This document shows, piece after piece, positions 14,201-24,600 of a stretch of DNA of 64,000 nt. The notes beneath the pieces were generated by a model, which saw nothing but the letters and a program-made list of their open reading frames with translations, ran no database searches and was not told the DNA's origin. Source of the DNA: Oculina patagonica (Eukaryota). Each line of letters begins with the position of its first letter. Position 1 is the first letter of the stretch. The DNA lies in assembly GCF_052425735.1 (NCBI RefSeq), contig NC_135770.1, positions 4,278,001 to 4,342,000 on the forward strand. Reading direction: 5' to 3'. Made by a program: the position numbers and the translations under genes.

Positions 14201-16680
14201 CCAAAATTTCGGCTTCCAAAGAGTATTTAAACTATGAAATTGTTGTCTGAAGTAGTCCAAAAATTGAGAACAAGCCGCGATCTTGAAAAAACTTAACAGC
14301 TTCAGTGGCGATGTATGCGTGACGCCAAAGAGTTCACCTTTTACTCTCTTGGAGCTCATTTTGCGCAAAATGATGTTGCACAAAAAACAGGCATTTCGTA
14401 AACGAGCCAATGCAAAATTAACAAGAAGTATCGAGTATTTAAACATTGTTTTAATCCCTGCCAGACTTCAGTTTGAGCTCTTTGACGTCACACATACATC
14501 ACCAGGCTGTTTAGTTACTCCAAGATGGCGGCGGTCGGTTCTCGATTTTGGGACTACTTCACACAAGGATTTCATAGGGTTTGAATACTCTTTTGGAAGC
14601 TTAAATTTTGGCGCCCAACATATCTTGGAATTACCTTTTCGTTGGCGTGAGGAAGAAAAAAGACATTTTAAAATGAACTTCTCCTTTAACCAGTATGTTC
14701 GGCTTCAATGGCTATGAAATGGTTATGTTTCTGGCTGGCCCTCGTTGCCTCAGGCGTCGGAGTGGTGACTCTATCTACTAGCTTGAAGATGCCATATTAC
14801 CTACCTATTTGTTTTTGTAACAAAAATGTATGTTTTACTCTTACTTTGGAGGGTGACTGTTCGATCTTAATTGTTTAACAGAAAAGAAGTGTCAAGTCGA
14901 CAGTGACATTTTGCCAGCAACGCAGGATCTCAAGAGATGCTTACTTTCCTTATCTGAAGACAACGAAGACAAAAGCCAACACTATCAACGCAAATGGATT
15001 CCAGTTATAGAATCTAACTAAATTTTCGAAACAATTTGGATCTTTACGAGCTTTGCCCGGAGCCGTGGAGATACCAGTCACCACAGACACTGAAAACTCT
15101 TCCATACCGAGGACTGAGCAGTGAATATGATGGTGGAGGGTATGTGGCAGATTTAGGGATACAATGAAGAGGTGGCCTTGGATGTTGTTAGCAAACTTCA
15201 AAACAACGACTGGATCAACGAGTTTACAGCGGCTGTGTTCATTGAATTTTCTGTCCACGAACCATCGAGTAGGTTGTTTAGCTTTGCCAAGTATTTGTAC
15301 GAGAGGCTACCCACGGGCGGAGTAGTGACCTCTGTTAATGTGCAGACGTTGGCCCTTTATCCGCCATTAAGTAGCTACTTCAAAACGTTTTACGAATTAT
15401 GCCAACTTCTCTTTGTCGTTTCGATCCTGATCCTCGTATTTTTGGAAATCAAAGAACTCGTTCGTCAAAAGAAAGCTTACTTTACTCACTTTTGGAACTG
15501 GGTCAATATTTCGCAAATATTGACCTCAATGTCTGCTGCGATTATTGCGTTGCTCAAGGCAAAGCAAACCAGTTTGTATGTAAGAAGAGTGCAAAAGAAT
15601 CCTTACGATAATTCCAGTCCAGATCGCATAGCCAGATTGTCTGACTACGAGGACTACTTACTGGCTGTAGTAATTTTCATCGTGACGATCCGTCTGCTGA
15701 ACCTTTTCAAGTTCAATTCCCAGATTTGTCACATGGCAGCAACGTTACGAAGATCACTAAAATCACTTGTGTCCTTTGCAGTCGTTTTTGGAAACTCTTT
15801 ACTGGCCTTCTCGTTAGCAGGAGTCCTGGCGTTTGGCGTGGACATTGCAACATTTTCATCTTTCTATTATTCTTTTGAAACTGTCGTACGGATGTCTGTT
15901 GGTGGAAAAGTTAACTTCCCCGAGATGAAGCTTTATCACCGGACCATTGGTCCTTTGTTTCTGTCAATGTTCGTGATTTGGATGGTGCTGATTTTGGTAA
16001 ATATATCTATAGTAATTTTGGTCGACTTTTACAAAGTCCAACGGGAGAATGCCTGGGAAGATTCCTTGGCTAGCTTTATGTACACTTATTTTTCAGCAAA
16101 AACAAAAGAGTTCTTAAAATCGTTCCCTTCCAAAGTTAAATCGAAAGTTGTAAAGCGAAGAGAGGAATACTCAAGAACACATTGGAAAAGATCTGGACAA
16201 AAGATCATTGCAGTGTCTCGAACATTGCAGATTGCCAAAGGTCAAAGATTGACCAGCGACCAGGAATCCGAATCAATCTCTCTTGTCCAGGAATTTCGAA
16301 GCTTTCGGGGTGGCGTACACTGGAAAAATGTCAGTAAATCTGACTCTTACATTCATTGTACGTGTACATGCAGTAACAACAAGATATCATGTCCAGAGAT
16401 TAACACGTCGGAAAACGTCGGAGGGCATTCAAAATATGGAAACCTGCCAAATACAAACAGTTCCGAAAAAATACCATTTACTTCAAATGTAACATCGTGT
16501 AGTAACGACGAAGAGCAATTCAAATCTCCTGCTACTAGACAGTTAGCTTTAGAACTGGCTTCAACAGAGTTTGTACTCGGTCTCGATGACAAAGATATTG
16601 ACCACGTGAAATCAAATATTTTCGACGTTGGTTTGGAACTAAAAGAGATGCTTGCCAACTTTAAGGAAACAAACTTATAA
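1..16680 (+). CDS. Polycystin-1-like (PKD1L-type) REJ-GAIN/GPS-PLAT-multi-TM protein; 5' end outside the window; 12 exons here (~2,090 codons); last exon frameshifted in this assembly
   Basis: Phase-consistent GT-AG exons: <1-607, 1309-1761, 2427-2589, 3169-3345, 4499-4624, 4873-5097, 8725-8985, 9953-10732, 11540-11773, 12239-13522, 13882-14053, 14882-16680. Motifs: REJ-like (LDASRSYDP; GCVVHP..G..LQTKF.V.C.GWKDED.PLSY); GPS (CLYWSKEKQQWTNDGCKV..LHCLCTHLSAFGG); PLAT (YEIQIQTG..GTTANV..IWHDN.G.SPSWFL..WHFFANKWIA); HLWVSLFTRPPHSPFTCCQRLSCC; IGMPRLRQIR; YDGGGY; polycystin channel TM segments. Confidence 0.9.
1865..2206. mobile_element. TTAA-target MITE (Kolobok/T2-like) in PKD intron
   Basis: TIRs agatgaattccagtccgtactgcgca / tgcgcagtacggactggaaatcagct, flanked by TTAA at 1861-1864 and 2207-2210. 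Confidence 0.7.
3378..4060 (-). mobile_element. 5'-truncated RTE-clade non-LTR retrotransposon (C-terminal part of the RT ORF), antisense in a PKD intron
   Basis: ORF 3392-4048(-): FVYLGG..DIKSRLGKARAAF.KL..IW..TKLKIFKSSVLSVLLYGCETW..RRWKFIGHILR..GRRSRGRPRETW..ARDRAAWR, typical of RTE ORF C-termini. Confidence 0.9.
5474..8426. mobile_element. Composite non-autonomous hairpin-type element, with a nested second element (~5744-8265) that contains a 1.1-kb tandem duplication
   Basis: Inverted repeat taatcaaaactatgacaaac (5581) / tttgttatagttttgatta (~8408-8426); the nested element ends in a 143-bp hairpin (8121-8263); no credible ORF. Confidence 0.6.
5949..8172 (+). repeat. Near-identical tandem duplication, 2 x ~1112 bp (5949-7060, 7061-8172)
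   Basis: Both units start agttaagattttttaaaaagcaaag and end tttggctctcggtc; duplicated short ORFs 6200/7313 and 6327/7440. Confidence 0.95.
12093..12120 (+). repeat. (CAT)n microsatellite
   Basis: atcatcatc... about 9 units. Confidence 0.9.
14128..14685. mobile_element. TTAA-target MITE (Kolobok/T2-like) in PKD intron
   Basis: TIR aggaaagttcatt / aatgaacttctcct with flanking TTAA (14123-14126, 14686-14689); explains spurious ORFs 14198 and 14283. Confidence 0.65.
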
Positions 16681-17834
16681 ATAATAAGTATTTTCAAGTA
16701 ATATAGGTTCATAGTTAAATATTGCATTTGCTCATGCATTGCGTGTAAAAAATTATTCTTAGACGAAGATCTAGAAAGTCTGAAGCTGCTTATAGTTAGT
16801 AGAAACGCCACGTAAAATGATATGGGAGTTTTCTTAGCAGAAATTCCCTATTCAAGAAAGTTGAGGTATCACGGAAAGAAAATTAATATTTTCATTCAAA
16901 TGAAGAAGTGCGCATACTATGCGCACTATCCCTAATAGAATATAAATTTCCTAAAAGCTCAAATAAAACCAGATTTTGTAAAATTATCTTATTTATTTTG
17001 ATAATTACACTTTTTTAAGGGTAGTTATTATAACAACGAAGTTCGTGATTTGTGCATTTAGTGCTAATAAAAAATTTTCTTTTAAAAACTTTATTTAGTT
17101 GAATTAAGTTATAACGTTTAAATCGAGAGAAAACAACTCTCCAAATGTGCGAACACTTGCTACGTAGGCTATATATATAGTAAATGGAACGACCTAATTT
17201 GACTAAGAATATACGGAACAGAACGACTTAATTAGACTAACAATAGACGGATCACTTTTTGGCATTATTTGGCTTTGCGAGCATTTTCTTTAACATTTTT
17301 TTATAAAAAGCACTGCTAGCATTATTTTGGATTTTCTACTAATTATTTGTATAATTTTATGTTAAAAAGCACAATCTGACTTTATTTATGCATGGCGTCC
17401 AAAGCCTCCCAGATGCATTTGGCCCTCATTTTAGTCAAAGAAGCCGAGGAGGCCTGGGGAATAGGTTTGATAGGTCAGCGGTTGCCTTCTATAAACCTAG
17501 TCCGACGTCACACCCGTTCCAAAGACGACGTCATCCACGTTGTCATCGAGGAACAATGGAAGTCAGCCAGCCAAGGCAGAAAATGAAAAATGTAACTGAA
17601 AATCTGAAAAATGTAATATTTTCATCTACATACATACATACTTTTTTCGTGGAGTCACACTAGCTGGCTAGTTTACAGGTGCTCCCGAAAAAGTTTAGTA
17701 TTTAAAAGTTTAGTATTTTCCTTTTATGTTTAAAAAATGGAAATTAACATTATTTTAGCACTTTTTGGCAAAAAAAACAAGCACTGCTTTAAGCATTTTA
17801 TGCTCTTTTTACGAGCACTATCGGTAAGAGCCTA

Positions 17835-18075
17835 ATCGAAACTGACCAATTATTGATGACAAACTTTACACAAGTCTTACAGCCAATAAAATCGCGGCTT
17901 AACTGACCATTCAACTTCAACGGACCAGACTTATAACCTCATCGACTGACAACAACTTTTCACTTGACTCTGAAGATTACTTCCACTCAGGTTGTCGAAA
18001 CGTCAGTCGCCAACAACAGTTCAACAACACTTCTCTCACCCCGACGACCACGCTCGGGGTACGACCTACTGTAGG
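17835..18075 (+). mobile_element. Penelope-like element terminal-repeat remnant
   Basis: Contains the minimal hammerhead-like motif tgact-CTGAAGA-...-GAAAcgtc-agtc typical of Penelope-like terminal repeats; boundaries approximate. Confidence 0.65.
17965..18009 (+). ncRNA. Minimal type I hammerhead ribozyme motif (Penelope-type), degenerate helix II
   Basis: Helix I gact(17966-69)/agtc(18005-08); core CUGAAGA 17970-76; GAAA 17997-18000; palindromic ACGU helix III; GUC cleavage triplet. Confidence 0.65.
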
Positions 18076-18392
18076 CTATACAGGTGGAAGAACTTGGAAT
18101 TGGGACACACATGTACAACTCAGAACTGCTTGATATATAGCTTTCGTAACTATTTGTGACAAATGCAAAATTGTCTTTATACTTTAAAGATCGTTTACAG
18201 AACTAGTCGATCCTCAAAAACAAAATCCTAGACATTTCAGGGCCGTATACGAAGCCACTTTAATATAAACGGAGGCACTTGCCTTAGTTATTTACATACC
18301 TACCTTATATCTAGGAAGAGAATTTTAACCATGTCATGGACTTTGCCAAAGTCACAATTTTTTTTCTAGATACAGCCCTGCATTTTGGAGGC

Positions 18393-18478
18393 TATTCTCG
18401 TCCCCATAGCCCTTTCGTTTCTCTGAGCCGGCTAAGAGAAACGAAAGGGCTATGGGGACGTAAATGGGGACGAGAATG
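18393..18478. mobile_element. Short hairpin MITE with 9-bp TSD, ~160 bp upstream of the ASPG start codon
   Basis: attctcgtcccca...tggggacgagaat; TSD tttggaggc at 18384-18392 and 18479-18487; related copy at ~31430-31512. Confidence 0.75.
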
Positions 18479-18640
18479 TTTGGAGGCGAAAAATCTTCCT
18501 TCCCCAGACTCCCCTCGTACAGTGTTAATTTACCAGTCTTTCAACGGTCCTCAGTTTCGGCTCGGTTGCACAGACCAAAGATGGCGACTTCCGGAGAAAA
18601 TAAGAGTTTCTTAGCAGTCTCCTGTGCTGTTTAAAACGTT

Positions 18641-21600
18641 ATGAGCGACCCTGGAAATAAATCAGCGACGAGTCCCAGGAAAAGCCTAGAAACCCTCGTT
18701 GAACATGGCGACAGTGACGTCTTTGCCTCTGCAACAGGTGGCGCGCATGGCAAGGAAGATCGCGGATCGGTAGATTCCAAAACATTTTCGAGAAAACATC
18801 TTTCCGGCCCAGCTGTTTCGGAAAAACAAACCATGCAAGCATCATCCAGTTCAGACGTTTCTGATAAAGTCGATGCGATAAAAAGGTCTTTTCACGCACA
18901 ACTGTCGAGAAGTTTCTTTCGGTCGCGGTCTATGAGTTCGTCGTCTATCGATGGCGGTTCGCCGAGTCCTTCCAAAAGCCGACATGGAACAGTCCCAGTG
19001 GAAGACCCTATAACGCACGAGAGTGTAGTGAACAGTAAAGTGCTGTTGCTGTATACTGGTGGAGCTCTTGGATGGAAGGTGGATCCTGAAGATCTTGAAG
19101 GTAGTAAAAAATGTAAACAAAAATTGCGTGACCAGCTGTTGCTTTTTCCAGGGGGGAAAGGGGGCGAAAAAAGCATTTGGGTGTGGTAGTGCCACTGAGG
19201 CCAACAAACCCTGACCTTGTTCAGGACAGGATGTAGAAGTAGGTTAGGGGGAGGGGGGGGGGGGGTAAAAATAAAAGTAAAAATAAACCAAAAAAGGTCT
19301 TAATCTGAGGCATGTAGCTTAGAAAACTGGACTACATAAGGGTCGCCATTTTAAGCATTTTTCAAGGGGCCCAGTGGGGTCACACTTTTCCGGGACTTTG
19401 AGAGCACTAAAATTATCTCAGTCTGTGTTTTATGAACTGAAATTTCAGCCGAAAAAAATGTTACCGTATTTATTCTGTTTTCATATTTGACAAACAGCTC
19501 CTAGAAAGTGACTAAGTTGGGGTCGTAAATTAAATTACCCAAAAGTGACTAAGATGGGGTCAATTGGCCATAGAATAAGATATAATGGGGTAGGGGTTCT
19601 GAGAGGCCAGCGGCACATACCCAACAAAAATTTAATGCTACAACCTTAAATCTTAATGCTGCTATTTACTAGTGACAGAGCCAAGAGTCAGACAAAAAAG
19701 ATAAACCTTATGATATAGAGAAAATAAAACCAACTGAAACATAAGCAGAGTTCCAATTGATCCAGTAGAAAACTAGATAAAGTAAACTCTGGTTATAGCG
19801 GACACATTCAGGGCGTCGTTTAGTGTCCGTTTAGAACAGCAATAATCCGTAATAGTGGGAGCCATTTCCAGTCAAACGTCTTTCACCAGGGATCTAGAAT
19901 TTGTCCCTAAGAGCGTATGTCCGCAATAGCAGGGTGTCCGCAAGGCGAGAGTTAACTGTAGTCTGAGGGGTGAAAAATAGGGCTGTGATTGGTTTGTCCT
20001 TCCGCTTCTGCTTGCAACTTCAACAGTATACAACCCCAGACAAAAAGAGTTAAGAAGGTTGTAAACATGCCCGATTAGAGAGAGTTTCAATCCAAATTAG
20101 CAATCCCCATTCCTGTACTGCTGTAGGATGATCCCCCTGTTCCCCCTATCAATGCTGGTCCCTCACTTTATAATCTTGTATGCGTAAGGTGGCTTTTCGC
20201 TCAACGTTGAATAGGAGAGGGGAGGGGAAGAACAAAAGGGCAAAACTTCCCAAGATTTTTGTCACAGGCTGTACACATAGTTTTCACTGGATCATAAGTG
20301 ACAGATTTGTAAGCAGATCAGAAGAACATGGAAATATACCATTTTTTTCTGAACTCCGACTCCATCAAGCTTATGACTTTGCTTACGACTCTGATTTTCA
20401 ATTTCAATAGATTGTAAGTGCTCATACAATTCTGATTATGACCCCAGCTACAACTCCGTATCTATCTACCACACAACCATGTATTTGTTTTGTTGGCAGG
20501 ATTCCATCTTGATAAGAAAAATGTGTTAAAGGAACTCAAGAAACTTCCAATGATGCATGATGTTGAGTATGTAGACTACATCCAAACTAATGTCCTGGAT
20601 GATATTCCAGAGGAAGGGATTGGATCAGACACAATAGTTATGCCGTAAGTAAAGTTTTATCAACTCACTGGCTGGTCAATGGCTGATCTAGGGTGGGGGG
20701 GGGGGGGGGGGGGCAAGATCCCCACCTTGTTTTTAGGCCAAACTGAGGCCTAAAGGGCCAAGGAAAATAATTTTTGAGAACACCCCCTCCCCCCTTATTT
20801 CAAGGTCTGGATAATGGGAGCCCTGACTTACCTGCCACTGCTGGTCACCAACTGACAGCTAGGCCATTTTTCAATTGATGATGTGTAATTTGTTAAGAAA
20901 TGGGGGAGCACTGATAGCACATGTGCTATCAGTGCTCCCCCATTTCGTACAGTGGTGAGAGCACTCGCTTCTCACCAATGTGGCCCTAGTTTAATTCCTG
21001 GATCCAGCATCATAAGTGGGTTAAGTTTGTTGGTGGTTCTCTTCCTTACTCCAAAGGTTTTCTACGGGTTCTCCGGTTTTCCTCCCTCCGAAAAAAAAAA
21101 CAAAAACCAACAGTTCTAAATTCCAATTTAATTGGGAATTTGAGGACCACAGGTTTGTCAGTCACAAGACTATTAATCCTAATGTGCAACCCTCGTTACA
21201 TGTTATACAGTACCTGCCAATTCTCACGCCTTAGGCATGGGTCTCACGCCTGCAAGTTAAAAACTTTGATCTCATGTCAACTCACGCTAACAAACCAATT
21301 TCTCACGCCTAGCCGAAAAATGTGAGTTATTACAACCATAAATGACAAACTTTTCAAAAATATGTGAACTCAAACCAATGTGAGAAACGAAAACTCCATC
21401 CTCCCCCTCCCCCCAAAATCTCAGAGTTTTGACAAGAACAGCATTGCATTGGGATCAGGATATGTTTGTTATGTCTTTGGTATATTTCGGAAAACCTCAG
21501 ACATGGTCATGGATCGTCTTCGGAAATTCAGGCACTCTCAGGATAAAAATCTCATGCCTTTGACCCAGAAAAAGTTGGCAGGTATACACTGTAACATGTT

Positions 21601-24600
21601 ATGACAGGCAATTTAATATCTGTCCGTGTTATAAATTTTTCAACATATTAATTTAAGGTGTATTTACTTTACATAAGCTATATAAATTTCTTCCAAACAT
21701 GTACCGGTAGTAAATGGATATTAATATGGAGATTTTTTATTTCACTCAGTGTAAGCAAATATGGAAAACGTATCTTTGTTGACGTTCTTGAGATGAAGGA
21801 AAGTGACGTGGTTGTCCATTCAAAGGATCAGGACATTCAAGATTGGTCCAACATTGCTTTGCAGATCAAGGAATACTATGAGAATTATCATGGTTTTGTT
21901 ATTCTTCACGGCACAGATACTATGGCTTATCTTGCATCTGCGCTCTCATTTATGTTTGAGAACCTTGGGAAATCAGTCATTTTTACTGGTTCACAGGCAA
22001 GTCAAAGAATTCTTAATTTCTTAAGATTAAAGGCTTAGCAATAACTTATTAACTTGTTAACAAACTTTAAGACAATATCCAGTAATATAACAGTATATAT
22101 ATAACAGTAATCCAGCATTTAGAGACATAAAAATTAAAACCACTTTTTTCATCTTTTTGACATTGTTTTCAGCAACAGAAATTCCACACTTTTTTCCTGG
22201 CTATTATTTCAGTGGTTTGATTTACAATATTCAGAAATTAGCAAAATAAATTTTTCATAAAAATAATTATGGTGTTGGTTAACAACTTACATACATTTAC
22301 CTCACCTTAGGCTTTTTAGTAAATTATTCCTTATGGTCATAATATTAGAAATTGTTAAGTTCTTATTTTTGTTTTTCTCACAGTATGCTCTAAGTGATCA
22401 TTTGAATGATGGAAGACAAAACCTACTAGGGGCTATAATGATTGCAGGTCATCATGTTATTCCAGAGGTAAATTAATTTTAAAGTATGTTGAAAAAATTA
22501 TATAATTATGTTTATTAGTGAACTGATTCACCGCCGGATGCACGCTCATCCCAGACTGAGGTACACACCACCGAGGGACGCTGCGCCCTGGGACCGCAGC
22601 ACGAAAGGAGGGGGAGAAAAGTCATTTCCCCACCTTAGTGATCCAACACTGTGACACAAGGTGGACCGGAGGGCAAGAGTCAGACTACTGGTGCGCTCAT
22701 AATTACTGGTGCGTTCATAATTATTTCCTTCAAGTTGTGTATGAACTAATTAATGCATTCTGGAACCTATAATATTTATATTTGTTTTTTATGGATTTCC
22801 CAAAAGGTGACATTATTCTTCCATGGAAAACTTTATCGTGGGAATCGTGCCTTGAAGGTAGATGCACGTAGATTTGGTGCCTTTGATTCTCCGAATTGTC
22901 CTCCATTGGCTACAGTAGAAGCAGGAATTGAAGGTATATGGATTGAAATGAGTGAACTGCTGTAGGGCGTGTGGTGTCCTAATGGTCAGTGAGTCACATT
23001 GCACTTAAGGTTTGGAGCAGGTGGGAATCAGGTTTTGTCACCAGGGCAAAGTCTCAGCAAGGCCCTACCCTATTCGGTAAACTGAAGTCAGTTCAGATGT
23101 TGAAAACAGCTGGGCAAAGTCCTGCCCTTTTCCGGCACAGCCGGTCAATTTGCCCTGTCATCATCATCGTCATCAAGTCTCTTCACGCCAGTAGGCACAT
23201 AAGTCTGTCACCCTTTCTTTCCAACCCTCCCTTTTCCTTCCCCCCCTTTTCCCTCCCCCCCCTCTCCCCCCCCCTCCCTTTTTTCTTTCCTTTTCCCCTC
23301 TCCTTCCCCCTGGCCTGACCCTTAATGAAACCCCTGCTGATCCACTGATCTCACTTAGAAGAGAGAAGATTTAAGTCTTCCCAGGGTTATTGTGTTGTGT
23401 TTTTGAGCAAGACATACACTTTAAATACTTTAACAATGCCCTCTCTAGGAGTGAAACACGATCGCCCCTAAAAACAACGCGTTACCGGCTCATTTCTGGA
23501 CTTCTTTCTCCAAAGACCGGTAATAAAATTATGTAAACCATTACTAGGCTACCAAACCACTCACAACAAATGGAAGTCAGCATGAGCCTTATTATAATCC
23601 ATTTCCAGCCCCACTATTGAGGCCTTCCAAAGTTGTTCTAAAGTTGTGTTGCAAAAAACAAAAAAACAAAAAAATGATGGTCACTATTGTTAGCCATCCC
23701 TAAATCCTAAAGAAAAATAATGGTCTGTATTAATTAGTCTCTTATTACTTTTCGCTTTTGTTTCTCTATGGGAGACACAAATTTAGCCCCAGGCCCTGTC
23801 TTGTCCCAGGTCCTTTCAGTAGCCACGTCCAATGAATTTAACCTAAAATTACAGCGATTTCCCATCATTTAGTTTCCTTTTTTCACTGTTTTCCTACCAT
23901 TTATCAACTAAAGCAAATGATCTCCTTTAGATGATTATTTTCTAGTTAAATAATTCATGCTAAAATACATGACTACAGTGTATGACACTTGCAAATAATT
24001 GTTTCATTTAATTTCCTTCTCTTTGTAGTTGAATGGGAGGAGCTGTTCTATGAAAACCAAGCTACTAAATTCAAAGTGCATACCAAGATGAGTTCAAGAA
24101 TAGGAGTCTTGAGAATTTTTCCAGGCATTACAGCTGAAGCAGTGAGTACTTTATATACAACCATTCATCTCCTAAGAGTGTCACTGAGTTTAATTTACCG
24201 GTAAACATGTTATTTAGGTGGCCCGCGGCTATTCGGGAGGAGGTGTATTTTAAATGATTTTGGGGATAACCGTCCGTTTTATTTTTGTAGTGTAATAAAA
24301 ATTTAAATTTTATAATTTTACATTTTAAAGCCCAAATAAAATCGCGAGAAAAAATTCCTTTTTTCGAAATATGCGAATATTTCAAACGCGATAGATTTTT
24401 TTCTAATTAAGGTCAATTACTTCAAGTAAGCTTGTTTCAGTGAGCAATCAATAAACGGTGAGAAATTGCGCAGTTGACTGTTTATTTTTCGCATAAAAAT
24501 TTTAATTATTTTTCGCCAGCTAGCAGTAATTATTTAGATCACTTCTGTCATTTAAGCTCAATACCTCCTAATTATTACGATCACCCGAAAAGTGTTTACG

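Noticed and set aside
17388-17663. Short ORFs between PKD1L and ASPG
   Set aside because: No homology cues or splice context; probably repeat interior
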